From the sequence record MT612989.1: a DNA stretch of 64,000 nt. One strand, written 5' to 3'. Below, piece by piece: positions 22,622 to 32,609 of this stretch. Positions within the stretch are counted from its first letter, which is position 1; each line of letters starts with the position of its first letter. The position numbers were made by a program, and so were the translations under genes. The notes beneath the pieces were generated by a model that ran no database searches, had not been told where the DNA came from, and worked only from the letters and a program-made list of their open reading frames with translations.

Positions 22622-24579
22622 TAAGAAATACCCTCAAGAACGATATCTGTGTATTGAGGACGAAGCTCGTTCTCATATACGATCAAGCTACCGTCATCTG
22701 TGTATATATTAGATCGTGTAGGCGAAGCTGATACAATCAAATTACCAGTCACATCCCAATCTGCTGAGTTTATCCCCAAGTTGATGAAATCATAGTCCAT
22801 CATACCTGATGCGTAGTTGATAGTACCAATTCGGTAGTATAAGCTGCGCGAGCCGATTACTTCACGATCAAAGTCGTTATCAGTATAAGCACCCGTAGGC
22901 AAGCCAGTTTCTGGGTCTAGCGGGTTTGTAATATCACCGGGTGCAAATGGACCCAATAACATCGTACCGATATCTTCTTCGGTCGGTGCAGTTCGTGCGG
23001 CTGTCGTTCTGATCTGCACGTCATACCCGCCCGGTGTGAACATGATATCTTCTGATTTTACAGAACGCTCAGTAATCGGGTTTAAGAAACTATAGCCACT
23101 CATAGGCGTTTGAGCGAAATTCGCTAATTCACGAATTAAGCTAATGTCACATCTAGAACCTAGAATTGACGGGTGAGCTTCATCAACATAGCTCAACATC
23201 TTAGAAACATGGAACGATGCATTGAAGATCTCAACATCATTGTAGTAATAATCTGAAATCGCATTGATGATTTGAGCTTTCAAATAATCAGCACCTTCAG
23301 CCAATGAACCTGTACGGTAGTTGATTCTCAGATTATGTTTTACATACAAGTAATCTGGGTCAACGACTTTAGGTGTCACTGTAACGATATTGAATTCTTT
23401 CAAATATTCTTCGATGTCTTGTCGCGCTACTTGTGGTAGTGTCAACCCGCTCTTCGGCTTAATCGAGATAAACACATAACCTGGCTTATCTGAGCTTCCG
23501 AACGCCTGAACAGACTGAACGATGTTACCGAACTTCTGAGAAACAAATGTTTCATAGTCAAGTTTAGTAACACAACGACGCTGCGACTCTCTGAAAATAG
23601 GGGCTAGTTCGCGAATACGCTCCGTGCCTTCAGCATAACCACCACCAATCGAACCAACAAAGTTTTCATCGTTATTCGGGTTATCGTCGATGTTTTTATC
23701 ATCTAACTGGAAGTTAGGAATGTCATCTGCCCATGTGAATCGTTTTGAGCCGTTAGCAACTGGTCCCTGTGTTTTCACATATTGAACACGAATGCGCTGA
23801 CCTTCGATTGGACGCAGACCGCCGATATAACCCGGGTCGTAAGCACCACCACTTTCTACAAAGTCAGTTAGTTCGCCTTCACCGAAGTAAACCTCAGTGT
23901 AACCATCTACAGTTTCACGCAGATAGAATACGTTTGAACCGCCTGTTACATTGACTATCGATTTGTCTGTCCAGTTAGTCCATTCCGTGTTATCAACGAA
24001 CACACGCACATAGTTTCGATCTAAATCTGGGTCTTTGATCGTAATCGATTCGGTTTCACTAAATAGCGCCTCATATCGACCTAAAGTGCCTTGAACGAGG
24101 TCTATCTGGTCTTGATATACAAGCGGGCTTTGTGGGTCTAATGGGTCCTGCTTTGCACCGATTAGAATGTGAGGTTCCCACACGATGTAGCTGTAGTAAT
24201 CAACCCCATCAACGTCAGCACTGAAACGAGTACCCGTACCTAGCGTAATTTCAACTGGGTTTTCAGCGTGATACGCTTTGATACCGATTGTATGTGTTGC
24301 TGCCGATAAAGAACTAGGCGCGTAACCCATATCTTGAGCGTGCTGAACTACACTGCTGTGTTTTTGAGCAGTGCGAATAAAACTCTCGAACAATGCTGCA
24401 TTCGAGTAGTGCTGCATGTACATTGTGCTGTATGCAAGCAAATCTGTTAGTACGTTCAGACGACTTCCCTTGAAGTCATAATCCTTGAACTCGTCTTGAC
24501 CTTTCAGATATTGAATAAGATCTTGCTTGATTGTCTCAAACGAGCCAGAACTAACAGGCAAATTCGAGTTAGTTGTCAT
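22621..24579 (-). CDS. gp6: Baseplate wedge subunit
   Basis: EFKDYDFKGSRLNVLTDLLAYST, QRRCVTKLDYE, LRPQY. Confidence 0.94.
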   Translation of the reverse strand: MTTNSNLPVSSGSFETIKQDLIQYLKGQDEFKDYDFKGSRLNVLTDLLAYSTMYMQHYSNAALFESFIRTAQKHSSVVQHAQDMGYAPSSLSAATHTIGIKAYHAENPVEITLGTGTRFSADVDGVDYYSYIVWEPHILIGAKQDPLDPQSPLVYQDQIDLVQGTLGRYEALFSETESITIKDPDLDRNYVRVFVDNTEWTNWTDKSIVNVTGGSNVFYLRETVDGYTEVYFGEGELTDFVESGGAYDPGYIGGLRPIEGQRIRVQYVKTQGPVANGSKRFTWADDIPNFQLDDKNIDDNPNNDENFVGSIGGGYAEGTERIRELAPIFRESQRRCVTKLDYETFVSQKFGNIVQSVQAFGSSDKPGYVFISIKPKSGLTLPQVARQDIEEYLKEFNIVTVTPKVVDPDYLYVKHNLRINYRTGSLAEGADYLKAQIINAISDYYYNDVEIFNASFHVSKMLSYVDEAHPSILGSRCDISLIRELANFAQTPMSGYSFLNPITERSVKSEDIMFTPGGYDVQIRTTAARTAPTEEDIGTMLLGPFAPGDITNPLDPETGLPTGAYTDNDFDREVIGSRSLYYRIGTINYASGMMDYDFINLGINSADWDVTGNLIVSASPTRSNIYTDDGSLIVYENELRPQYTDIVLEGIS

Positions 24580-24633
24580 GTTATTCCCCTGTTGGTAAAA
24601 TTATGTAAATTTCGTTTCTTATATTTAATATAC

Positions 24634-24659
24634 AAAAAAGCCCACTCAATGAGCGGGCT
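24634..24659 (-). terminator. Terminator after gene 25
   Basis: AGCCC..GGGCT stem with T tract on minus strand. Confidence 0.7.
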
Positions 24660-24664
24660 ATCGT

Positions 24665-25084
24665 TTATAGACGATTTACTAGTCTAGTTGACAAGGCAAA
24701 CAATCTATCGAAGTTAGTTTTTAAGTGATACTGTATAGACACGTCATACGTGTTTTCATCATATACAGGGATGACATCAATTCGCTGAATAGCAACACGA
24801 GGTTCCCATCTTGAAATTGCGTTTTCAATACTATATTTGATTGAGAACGCGCTTGCTGGAGAAATATTCTCAAACAATTGATTGTTAATGTCACAGCCGA
24901 ATTCAGGGTTGAACGGTCGTTCTCCCTTATTCGTACTCACGATACCTACGATAGATTCTTGTATTGCTTTTAAGTCATACGATGCGCTCAAGTCATTGTT
25001 TACAACACTTTTATTAAAGTTTGCAGGGATGTCACTGAAATAGAAACTCCCTGGCTTTAACGTGTTCAACTCTGCAATTGCCAT
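24665..25084 (-). CDS. gp25: Baseplate wedge subunit (gp25 family)
   Basis: GIVSTNKGERPFNPEFGCDI, ISRWEPRV. Confidence 0.92.
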   Translation of the reverse strand: MAIAELNTLKPGSFYFSDIPANFNKSVVNNDLSASYDLKAIQESIVGIVSTNKGERPFNPEFGCDINNQLFENISPASAFSIKYSIENAISRWEPRVAIQRIDVIPVYDENTYDVSIQYHLKTNFDRLFALSTRLVNRL

Positions 25085-25107
25085 AGTTTTTTCTCCGATT
25101 TTAAATT

Positions 25108-25115
25108 TATTTATA
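25108..25115 (-). promoter_or_regulatory. Late promoter TATAAATA for gene 25
   Basis: Exact consensus on minus strand. Confidence 0.85.
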
Positions 25116-25123
25116 GAAAAGTG

Positions 25124-25152
25124 TTGACAGGCATATCTTATTTACCTATTAT
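25124..25152 (+). promoter_or_regulatory. Sigma70-like early promoter for SPFH gene
   Basis: TTGACA-17-TATTAT. Confidence 0.75.
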
Positions 25153-25226
25153 GTACTCCTCAGCGCAACGAAGCGCACAAACAAAATAGATTGTGATATT
25201 AACTTCATTAACTAAGAGAGCAAAAC

Positions 25227-26102
25227 ATGTTTAAGAAACTTGCAAAACTATTATCAGTATCTGCGCTAGGTCTAGCACTTGTAGGCTGTGGCACACCTGC
25301 TGAAATCCCAACGGGTTTCGTCGGTAAGATTCAAACGCCTAATGGCTTCAATTTAGAAGCAGAGCCGCGACAACCGTCTAAATTTCGTCTCGATTGGGCA
25401 TGGCGCTACCCAGATCGTCTAGTACTTCTTGACGTATCTGACAGCTTCTACCAAATGAACTTCAACACGTTCATGCCAAAAGATGAGCTTATGCTTGCTT
25501 ACTCAGTCGAAATGACAATGGCGATTGACCCTGCGAAGTACAACTTCGTATTCGCTAAAGTACCGTTCCGAGCACAGACAGATCAGCTTGGTGTAATTGA
25601 TCAGAAAGACGTGTTTAAACGTTATGCGAAAGCTAAACTAAACACGATTGTACCTAGTATTGTAGCTGAATACAGCATCAAACAGGTTGCGTCTGAACGT
25701 CAAAAACTGAACTCGTTCGTTCTTAATCGCTTGAATCAAGAGCTGAAAGATACGCCGTTCGTTCTTAAAGTCGTGGGTGTTACTAACGTAGATTACCCTA
25801 AGACAATCACAGACGCACAAATCAAATCTGCTGAACGTCGTCAAGAAGAAGACACAGTTAAAGCACAACGTAAGCTAGACTTGCTACAAATCACAACTCG
25901 TGAAGAAGTGTCAAAGCGTCAGCGTGAAATCGAACTGTACGAAGCTGAAACTAAAAAGCTAGTAGCTGACAAGCTGATGAACTCTAACGTTCGATTCATC
26001 GAAGAGCAAAAAACTCTACGTGAGCTTGCGAAGTCGAATAACAAAGTGTTCGTACCAACGAAAATGCTTGATGATATCGCAGTACAAACACCAATCAAAT
26101 AA
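25227..26102 (+). CDS. SPFH/band-7 (prohibitin-like) lipoprotein
   Basis: Lipobox LVGC; SPFH-like core (RQKLNSFVLNRLNQELKDTPF..VGVTNVDYPKTITDAQ) and AE/RE-rich coiled tail. Confidence 0.75.
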   Translation: MFKKLAKLLSVSALGLALVGCGTPAEIPTGFVGKIQTPNGFNLEAEPRQPSKFRLDWAWRYPDRLVLLDVSDSFYQMNFNTFMPKDELMLAYSVEMTMAIDPAKYNFVFAKVPFRAQTDQLGVIDQKDVFKRYAKAKLNTIVPSIVAEYSIKQVASERQKLNSFVLNRLNQELKDTPFVLKVVGVTNVDYPKTITDAQIKSAERRQEEDTVKAQRKLDLLQITTREEVSKRQREIELYEAETKKLVADKLMNSNVRFIEEQKTLRELAKSNNKVFVPTKMLDDIAVQTPIK

Positions 26103-26111
26103 TAACCACAA

Positions 26112-26137
26112 AGGGCAGTGTTTCACTGCCCTCTCTT
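26112..26137 (+). terminator. Hairpin between SPFH gene and membrane protein gene
   Basis: AGGGCAGTG/CACTGCCCT 9-bp stem. Confidence 0.6.
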
Positions 26138-26151
26138 AAAAAGGAAACGTA

Positions 26152-26511
26152 ATGGAATTTCTTCTACCTGTTTTGCCAATTATTGGCATGTTTGTAATCT
26201 TACTTCTAATTCTAGCAGTGTCTTTCTTCATGGCGAAGATTTTCAAGCTAGACATCAAACTACCTTACGGTAAAATCATCACTGCTGCGCTTCTACTTAC
26301 AGTTGCTGCGAGTGGTTTTAAAATTGCAACATCGCCAATTACTCGTCCTACAATGAACGAAGCAGTCAACGACACAGCCAAGTACAAAGTAGACGAATTT
26401 ACTGAGCTTGAAGCACCTGTACTTGAAGACAAGTCATTCAAGGCTGAAGATGTTGATGTTACTACGCTAGACAGCGAAGAGCGTATCAAAAATCACACTA
26501 AGAACTTGTAA
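26152..26511 (+). CDS. Membrane protein, two N-terminal TM segments
   Basis: Two hydrophobic stretches then acidic tail; AAGGAAA RBS. Confidence 0.75.
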   Translation: MEFLLPVLPIIGMFVILLLILAVSFFMAKIFKLDIKLPYGKIITAALLLTVAASGFKIATSPITRPTMNEAVNDTAKYKVDEFTELEAPVLEDKSFKAEDVDVTTLDSEERIKNHTKNL

Positions 26512-26794
26512 CCTTCCCTGCGCCTCCTGCAACCGTATCGCCACATGTTAACGTGTCACCGATACGGATTGCATTGCTACCCTCGATAAACACTTTCGGA
26601 CTGAACGATGCTGCGCTACCTGCGTGGCAATCGTGGTTCGGAACTGTATTACAGTGCGTTACGTGAACCATGTTATCTTTTGATAATGCAGGTTTACCTT
26701 GCACTGTTACTTTCCCACTCCCACCCGTTACTACTGTTGGCGGGTATGTCCCGTGACCTGTTGTTGGTTCATCTGCACCTGCTAAAGCTGGCAT
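26498..26794 (-). CDS. gp5.4: PAAR spike-tip protein
   Basis: 98 aa; TGHGTYPP, VTVQGKPA, H..H metal ligands, RIGDTLTCGDTVAGG. Confidence 0.9.
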   Translation of the reverse strand: MPALAGADEPTTGHGTYPPTVVTGGSGKVTVQGKPALSKDNMVHVTHCNTVPNHDCHAGSAASFSPKVFIEGSNAIRIGDTLTCGDTVAGGAGKVTSS

Positions 26795-27279
26795 TAGTTA
26801 CCTCCTGCTGCTATATAATCTCTAAGTTGCTGCGCCCATGTATCCCACTTACCTTTAACGTTCTGAGTAAATGTTTCAACGAGCTGCCGCTCTTCAATTA
26901 CTCCCGGTACAAGCGGGTCTTCGTATTCGTAATCAACTGTAACTGTATATGTGTAGTCAGTTGATAACACGCTCGGCGCTTCGAATCTATACACGTGACC
27001 ATGTTCAGGGTTGTTCGGTAGATCGCTAAATCTACTCACTTCATGATAGCTATTGTCTCGTGTATCTCTGTATTTCAGACCACTAGGTCCCAGATCAAAC
27101 GAATCTTGATACTGACCGTAATATCTTGCGCCTGAGACATTAATACCCGCATTCGCTCGATGATCAGTTATTGATATCTGAACAAGTGTCTCACCTTCGT
27201 CCATAACCGCGGAGAACGTCACATCGACGTTCTCCGCTTCTGTAATGATCGGTAAAGTGATTGGTGTAATACTAGCCAT
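26794..27279 (-). CDS. gp5.1: gp5.1-like baseplate protein
   Basis: Position after gene 5; LPIITEAE, WDTWAQQLRDYI ending. Confidence 0.7.
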   Translation of the reverse strand: MASITPITLPIITEAENVDVTFSAVMDEGETLVQISITDHRANAGINVSGARYYGQYQDSFDLGPSGLKYRDTRDNSYHEVSRFSDLPNNPEHGHVYRFEAPSVLSTDYTYTVTVDYEYEDPLVPGVIEERQLVETFTQNVKGKWDTWAQQLRDYIAAGGN

Positions 27280-27283
27280 TCAA

Positions 27284-28501
27284 TTACCCTAGGCTCACTG
27301 TTGAACCGTCTAATGCCGCAGCTCCTGCGAGACTAAGCGTTGCGCCACCACCGTCATCACTAATTGATGACGCCGAACGTGTATAAGACGAACTAACGCT
27401 TTCTGACATCGAGCCACCGACTGTTATTGTGTAATTACCGCTGATATTCTGCGTGTAATCGCCCGTGACGTTACTTTGAACATTCCCGCCCACAGTTTGA
27501 TTAACATTCCCGTCAACGTTCTGTGTGACGTTCTGATGCACTGTCTGGCTAACATCTTTATCAACTGTTTGAGTAACATTCATTTCAACATGCTGATCAA
27601 CATTACCCTTAACATGCTGCTTCAAATCACCATCAACTTGCTGCGTGACATTTTGCTGGCAATAGAACGTCGCGTCACCGACAACGGTTATATTCAAGTT
27701 CCCTTTGATAAAGACATTCTGATCTTTTTGAACAATCTCAAAATCATCACCAACAATCTTTGTAACTTTACTGCCGTCAGGATGAATTTCTTCAAATGTA
27801 CCTGTTCGATGATACGTATGTAAACGCTCTGCACCCACAGTGTCATCAACCTCTCTGATGTGCCCAGATTCAGACTCGTGTACATGATTGAACGGGTACT
27901 GCGCTGCGTACGGCGTCTCTTTCTCGTTATAAACGGGACCGTTTTGATTATATCCCGCAATCGGAATGTCTTTCTCTTCGGCTGCGCGTTTACTAGCGAT
28001 TATTTCATGTGGTCTATACACATAAGGCGCATCGCCACTATCAAAATCGCTCTGAGATTGATTTTCATCATACACATCGGGATCTACATCGTTTCGAGCT
28101 AAACGGTTTGTATCGGGCTCATTAAGTTTATCAGCTAACGGGTATTTTTCGTTTGGGTCATTAAACCCCTTACTGCCGTTAGCTAATTCTTCAGGTATAC
28201 CGGGCAAAACACCCATCGCAATTGCATCTTGATGCAACTTATCTCTGAAAAAGCCGAATACCCATGTACCTTCAACTACCCCTATTGGTGTATTACCAAT
28301 CCCGTTCATCGCAGCGTTATCAAGCGACTGCATAGGGTGAACCCAAAGAAGTTCTTCAGTTCGAATACCTTGATTTGAACTTTTCTTCTCGGGGTGAAAC
28401 CCAATCATTCTGACTTTAATTCTACCGAGTTTGAGTGGGTCGTTTGTTCTATCTTCAACAACACCAGTCCACCAATCAAACCCATCTAATCCCATAAACA
28501 T
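27284..28501 (-). CDS. gp5: Baseplate central spike (OB fold plus beta-helix, no lysozyme domain)
   Basis: WWTGVVEDRTNDPLKLGRIKVR, YPFNHVHESESGHIREVDDTVGAERL, VxGNVxQx octapeptide repeats. Confidence 0.93.
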   Translation of the reverse strand: MFMGLDGFDWWTGVVEDRTNDPLKLGRIKVRMIGFHPEKKSSNQGIRTEELLWVHPMQSLDNAAMNGIGNTPIGVVEGTWVFGFFRDKLHQDAIAMGVLPGIPEELANGSKGFNDPNEKYPLADKLNEPDTNRLARNDVDPDVYDENQSQSDFDSGDAPYVYRPHEIIASKRAAEEKDIPIAGYNQNGPVYNEKETPYAAQYPFNHVHESESGHIREVDDTVGAERLHTYHRTGTFEEIHPDGSKVTKIVGDDFEIVQKDQNVFIKGNLNITVVGDATFYCQQNVTQQVDGDLKQHVKGNVDQHVEMNVTQTVDKDVSQTVHQNVTQNVDGNVNQTVGGNVQSNVTGDYTQNISGNYTITVGGSMSESVSSSYTRSASSISDDGGGATLSLAGAAALDGSTVSLG

Positions 28502-29772
28502 TATTTCTTGCTCCCCGCAACTGCTACATTCATCGACGAATCACTTGATAATTCAAGCGTAGTAATGAATGAATTAGGCTCAACGCGATGCTTCAATTCA
28601 TGAACAATCCATTTCCCTGACACATCAAGACTCGAATGGTTGTCACCAGTTACTGCGTGATAGTCAAGAAACACAACATCACCAACTGTAATGTTCGTAT
28701 TACCTGGTATTTCTACAAGTATCTGTTTTGCATTCAAGTACGTTTCTTCCATTAATGAAACGCCATGAACAGACCCCAAAGGGTGTTTATTGTCATGCTC
28801 GTAAAAGCCGTCGTTTGATATCAATTGAATGCTATTCAACGGTTGTTCGGTTACTGGAACTTCACTAGGAAATTCTGATTCACTCGTGTACATATGAGCT
28901 TTGTCATTTAAAATCCCAACCTTTTCAATATAATCACCGCGACGAACATCTTTAGTCGTCAACTTTTTGCGAATTAAACTATGAGAATATGTTCTAGAAC
29001 CGAATAAACCACTAGAAATCTCATGCATATTAGACTGTTCTTTCACCACAACGCGCAATGCTGTGATTGTTTTACCGCGACCAGATGTCCATTTACCGTC
29101 ACCTGTATCAGCACCTTTACGAATTATATAATCGTAATCTTTGTTTCTGATCGTACCAAGAGACGTGAATTTAACCGAGTCCCGATCTTCGTAAAACATG
29201 AACTTACAACTGTTATTCACGTCAGTACTTGCATGGTCTACAAGACTGCTGATGATGTCGTAAGGTTTACCGATCTGGGTCACGTAATCACGTTGATAAA
29301 GAGAAGATTCAATTTCATACACGGGCTTCTCATCACCCAAATTGTCTAAAATCGTTTTGATTATGTTCGATATACTAGTTTTCTTGAACACATACGGGCG
29401 TTTAACGTAATCATTCAATGTCAATAGATTATTAGTAAAACGAACAATTATAGTTTCGAAACCACCAGTCGTTGACGGCATTCTTGATATGCCAGTAGCA
29501 CGAAACGTTTTTCGATATACCTTATTTGCTTGCTCCCCGACATATGAAGCAAAATCAACATCGATAGCTTCAAACCCCGTCATTCGAACAGTGTCTACGA
29601 TTCCGACTGAATCTGTGAACATGAACATGCCCGAAACTAACCCGTCAAGCGACTCATAAATTTCCATGTGTGTGATTTCATTTTCAACAGCCGAGGCGAA
29701 ATCAACACCACGAATGTGAATTTTGCTAACCACAAAGTTCTCAATTGGGTTAGCGGAGCGCATTTCAAACAT
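28501..29772 (-). CDS. Probable baseplate hub protein (gp27-like)
   Basis: 423 aa between 53 and 5; IYESL, FMFYEDR, IPGNTNITVGDVV, GKWIVHELKH motifs of hub proteins. Confidence 0.65.
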   Translation of the reverse strand: MFEMRSANPIENFVVSKIHIRGVDFASAVENEITHMEIYESLDGLVSGMFMFTDSVGIVDTVRMTGFEAIDVDFASYVGEQANKVYRKTFRATGISRMPSTTGGFETIIVRFTNNLLTLNDYVKRPYVFKKTSISNIIKTILDNLGDEKPVYEIESSLYQRDYVTQIGKPYDIISSLVDHASTDVNNSCKFMFYEDRDSVKFTSLGTIRNKDYDYIIRKGADTGDGKWTSGRGKTITALRVVVKEQSNMHEISSGLFGSRTYSHSLIRKKLTTKDVRRGDYIEKVGILNDKAHMYTSESEFPSEVPVTEQPLNSIQLISNDGFYEHDNKHPLGSVHGVSLMEETYLNAKQILVEIPGNTNITVGDVVFLDYHAVTGDNHSSLDVSGKWIVHELKHRVEPNSFITTLELSSDSSMNVAVAGSKK

Positions 29773-29773
29773 G

Positions 29774-30352
29774 TTATACCCCTGCTAATTTCATAAACGT
29801 GCTGATGTATGTACTAATATCGTCACGCGAAAGAATGTTAATCACGCGATTCGTTTCATTCTTATTGAACTCAAACTCATCAACTGATACTGGAATCATA
29901 ACGCCGTGATACAACAGTTCTCGAAAATCTTCCTGACCTTCTTCAGGTACATTATTTTCCCAGTCGAACTTGTTATACCAATTACGCGGGTTTTCAGGGT
30001 CTTCAATCATATCAAACCACCAACGACCTTGTTCATCGACGTGATGATGAACTTGCTCATTCCCACCAATATACTGATAACGATAAATAGCATTCTCAGC
30101 TACAGATTCATTGGGCTGAACCCAATCATAAAACGGGTCAACGCGCTGATTGAGAAGTAATATCAACCAATACAACGACGTGTCACCGTACAATTCATAT
30201 GCAATTTGTTCAGGGCGATAATCGCCCCTTATTTTATACTGAATCGTCGTAAACGACGGGATGATCTGCTTATGATAATAATTCAAATTCTTGAATATGT
30301 CCGCAGTTTCAACCCCTTGATAATCAGTCTTTTCAAATATCGAAAAAATCAT
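29774..30352 (-). CDS. gp53: Baseplate wedge subunit
   Basis: RPEQIAYELYGDTSLYWLILLLN, DPFYDW. Confidence 0.9.
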   Translation of the reverse strand: MIFSIFEKTDYQGVETADIFKNLNYYHKQIIPSFTTIQYKIRGDYRPEQIAYELYGDTSLYWLILLLNQRVDPFYDWVQPNESVAENAIYRYQYIGGNEQVHHHVDEQGRWWFDMIEDPENPRNWYNKFDWENNVPEEGQEDFRELLYHGVMIPVSVDEFEFNKNETNRVINILSRDDISTYISTFMKLAGV

Positions 30353-31485
30353 TTAATCAATCCCTCAATATCACCAAAGAACGAACCAGAGTTTGTATTA
30401 CTACCACTAGCCGTTTTCGTTCCACTGTCATAACCTCGAACATTACTGTTAAGGTCGCGTTGATACATAGCACGATCAAGTGGGATAAGTTCGCTAAATG
30501 TAATCTCAAGCTCAATACCCGCTGGGTCACCAGCCGTACCTCTAAATGTGCGCCAGTACTGATCAGGTGTACGATTCAACTTCACAGACGTGATACCCGC
30601 TGGACCGAAAATAAAGCGAGGTGTGTATCGCGTCGCGTCTGTGTCTGACACTTCTTCAATCATCCATACAGGCGGAGTTTTCAATAAAGTCGCGTATTTC
30701 GCAAAACCTGCTGCAAAACCTGAACCTAAATTTGCTGTACCTGTATCTAATAACTGCGAATCAATCTGACCTTTCACTGGCAACGATAGCCCATAGAACG
30801 TCTTTATAATCTCTGCAACTACTTTCAATTCATCTAACGACTTAGGGTGGAATTGATATACCATTGTTTGTGTACGCTGCGCTGTACCTTTATACGCAGT
30901 TACAGTCACGTTGTCTGTTACGACACTGCTGTTCTTCTCCAACTGTCCTGCTGCATTCGATTGAATGAATGAACGTTTAATCTGAGCCAGTGTTGCGCCT
31001 GCTGCTGTCGCGACTGCTCGTTTACCGCGATCAACACCCTCAGACACTGTATCTGAGCCCGCTGCTGAAGCTGCACTAGCAAGAAAGTCATTTAACACTG
31101 AAGTCGGTGTTTTATCATATTCGTGAGACACTTCTTCAACGATATTAGGCGCGTAAAGTGCAAGTGTAGCCTTCAGTTCGCTAGGAACTTCACCAGATTG
31201 TTCATTTTCAGTTTGCGCGGCAGTAAACGAACTACGCATGTCCGTATAGTGTTGTTTTGTTGTGTGTGCCAAGTCATACGCTCTAAAAATAAAGAAATTC
31301 GGGTGTCCAGACTCAGCCCCTAAATTAAGCGGGTATGTCAATGCTACATTATTCGAGTCACGACCGAGTTTAGTAACATCTTCACCTGTCGAAAGCTCTT
31401 GCGTAGTACTTTGCACTCCTCCTGATATTGTTTCTACTAGAGTGCTACTTTTTGCAGCGATTGTACTAGTAAGATTCATTTTCAT
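30349..31485 (-). CDS. gp48: Baseplate tail-tube cap
   Basis: LTYPL, FHPKSLDELKVVAEIIKTF, FGPAGITSV, LEITFSE. Confidence 0.8.
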   Translation of the reverse strand: MKMNLTSTIAAKSSTLVETISGGVQSTTQELSTGEDVTKLGRDSNNVALTYPLNLGAESGHPNFFIFRAYDLAHTTKQHYTDMRSSFTAAQTENEQSGEVPSELKATLALYAPNIVEEVSHEYDKTPTSVLNDFLASAASAAGSDTVSEGVDRGKRAVATAAGATLAQIKRSFIQSNAAGQLEKNSSVVTDNVTVTAYKGTAQRTQTMVYQFHPKSLDELKVVAEIIKTFYGLSLPVKGQIDSQLLDTGTANLGSGFAAGFAKYATLLKTPPVWMIEEVSDTDATRYTPRFIFGPAGITSVKLNRTPDQYWRTFRGTAGDPAGIELEITFSELIPLDRAMYQRDLNSNVRGYDSGTKTASGSNTNSGSFFGDIEGLIK

Positions 31486-31512
31486 GATCTCCTTTTTAAA
31501 AATATATATCTG

Positions 31513-31534
31513 TATTTAGATGCGATACTAAATA
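31513..31534. promoter_or_regulatory. Back-to-back late-type promoters (TCTAAATA minus, ACTAAATA plus)
   Basis: TAAATA cores between divergent genes 48 and 4. Confidence 0.65.
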
Positions 31535-31552
31535 TATGAAAGGAGGCGCTAC

Positions 31553-32008
31553 ATGGCATATTCTGGAAAATTTGTTCCGTCGAACAAGTCAAAATACAAA
31601 GGCAATTATCAAAAGATTGAGTATAGAAGCTCATGGGAATTGTCGTTTATGCGTTGGTGTGACAACAACCCACACGTAGTTCGCTGGAATTCTGAAGAGA
31701 TTGTAATCCCATATGTTAGTTCGGCTGACGGCGGGAAAAAACGTAGATATTTTATGGACTTTTACGTGAAGTTCAGCGATGGGCGCGAATTCATATTTGA
31801 AATTAAACCGCACAAAGAAACGATGCCGCCTGAGAAGCCACAGAGGCTTACTGAAAAGGCTAAGAAACGTCTTTTAAAAGAAGTATATACGTTTCAAGTG
31901 AATCAAGATAAATGGGCTGCTGCGATTAAATTCGCAAAGCAGAAAGGTTGGCAATTCAAAGTCTTGACTGAACACGGACTGAGAAAATTGATAGGACTGA
32001 GAGTGTAA
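31553..32008 (+). CDS. gp4: Head completion protein (TnsA-like nuclease fold)
   Basis: MAYSGKFVP, YRSSWE, WNSEEIVIPY, YFMDF, EIKP, NQDKWAAA. Confidence 0.93.
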   Translation: MAYSGKFVPSNKSKYKGNYQKIEYRSSWELSFMRWCDNNPHVVRWNSEEIVIPYVSSADGGKKRRYFMDFYVKFSDGREFIFEIKPHKETMPPEKPQRLTEKAKKRLLKEVYTFQVNQDKWAAAIKFAKQKGWQFKVLTEHGLRKLIGLRV

Positions 32009-32009
32009 T

Positions 32010-32606
32010 ATGGCTAGACCAGAACGAGCAAAGAAGAAAAAGGAAAGTTTGCTTGATAGCTTCAAAGCTCAAACGCACGAGCTTGGTCGTCAACCAATCG
32101 CGAAGAATCAACGCAAATCATTAGCATGGTTCAAAAAGCGTGTTCATGATGCAATACGTAGTCGAAAAGTACAGCGACCACACAAAGGCAACATGTATGT
32201 ATTCGCATATGATGCTAAACACAAAGACAAACTTCCGTATTGGGATAAATTCCCGTGTATTATCTGTCTCGGGGTCGAAAAGGGATATATGTTAGGCTTG
32301 AACTTGCACTACATCCCACCGAAAGATCGCGAGAAGTTTTTAACAATTTTACTACGATACGCAACTACAAAAACAGTAAGTAACACAACTCGACTATCGG
32401 TTGATTGGGGTCGAGTGAAAAACATCAAGTTCAGTAAACATATGGTTAAATTGTACATTCTAAAGCGAATTAAAGGTTCACTTGAAGAAGTCAAACCACA
32501 TGATTGGTACAATGTTATTCACATGCCACTACAGCAATTCGTTGCTAAAAATGGTCGTAACATTTCTGCTGTTCGTGCGTACGATGATCGTTATAGAAGG
32601 AGATAA
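32010..32606 (+). CDS. gp2: DNA end protector
   Basis: YDAKHKDKLPYWDKFP, GLNLHYIPP. Confidence 0.93.
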   Translation: MARPERAKKKKESLLDSFKAQTHELGRQPIAKNQRKSLAWFKKRVHDAIRSRKVQRPHKGNMYVFAYDAKHKDKLPYWDKFPCIICLGVEKGYMLGLNLHYIPPKDREKFLTILLRYATTKTVSNTTRLSVDWGRVKNIKFSKHMVKLYILKRIKGSLEEVKPHDWYNVIHMPLQQFVAKNGRNISAVRAYDDRYRRR

Positions 32607-32609
32607 CGA

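Noticed and set aside
31553-32008. gp4 as homing endonuclease or mobile element
   Set aside because: Matches the conserved head-completion gene 4 in normal context beside gene 2.
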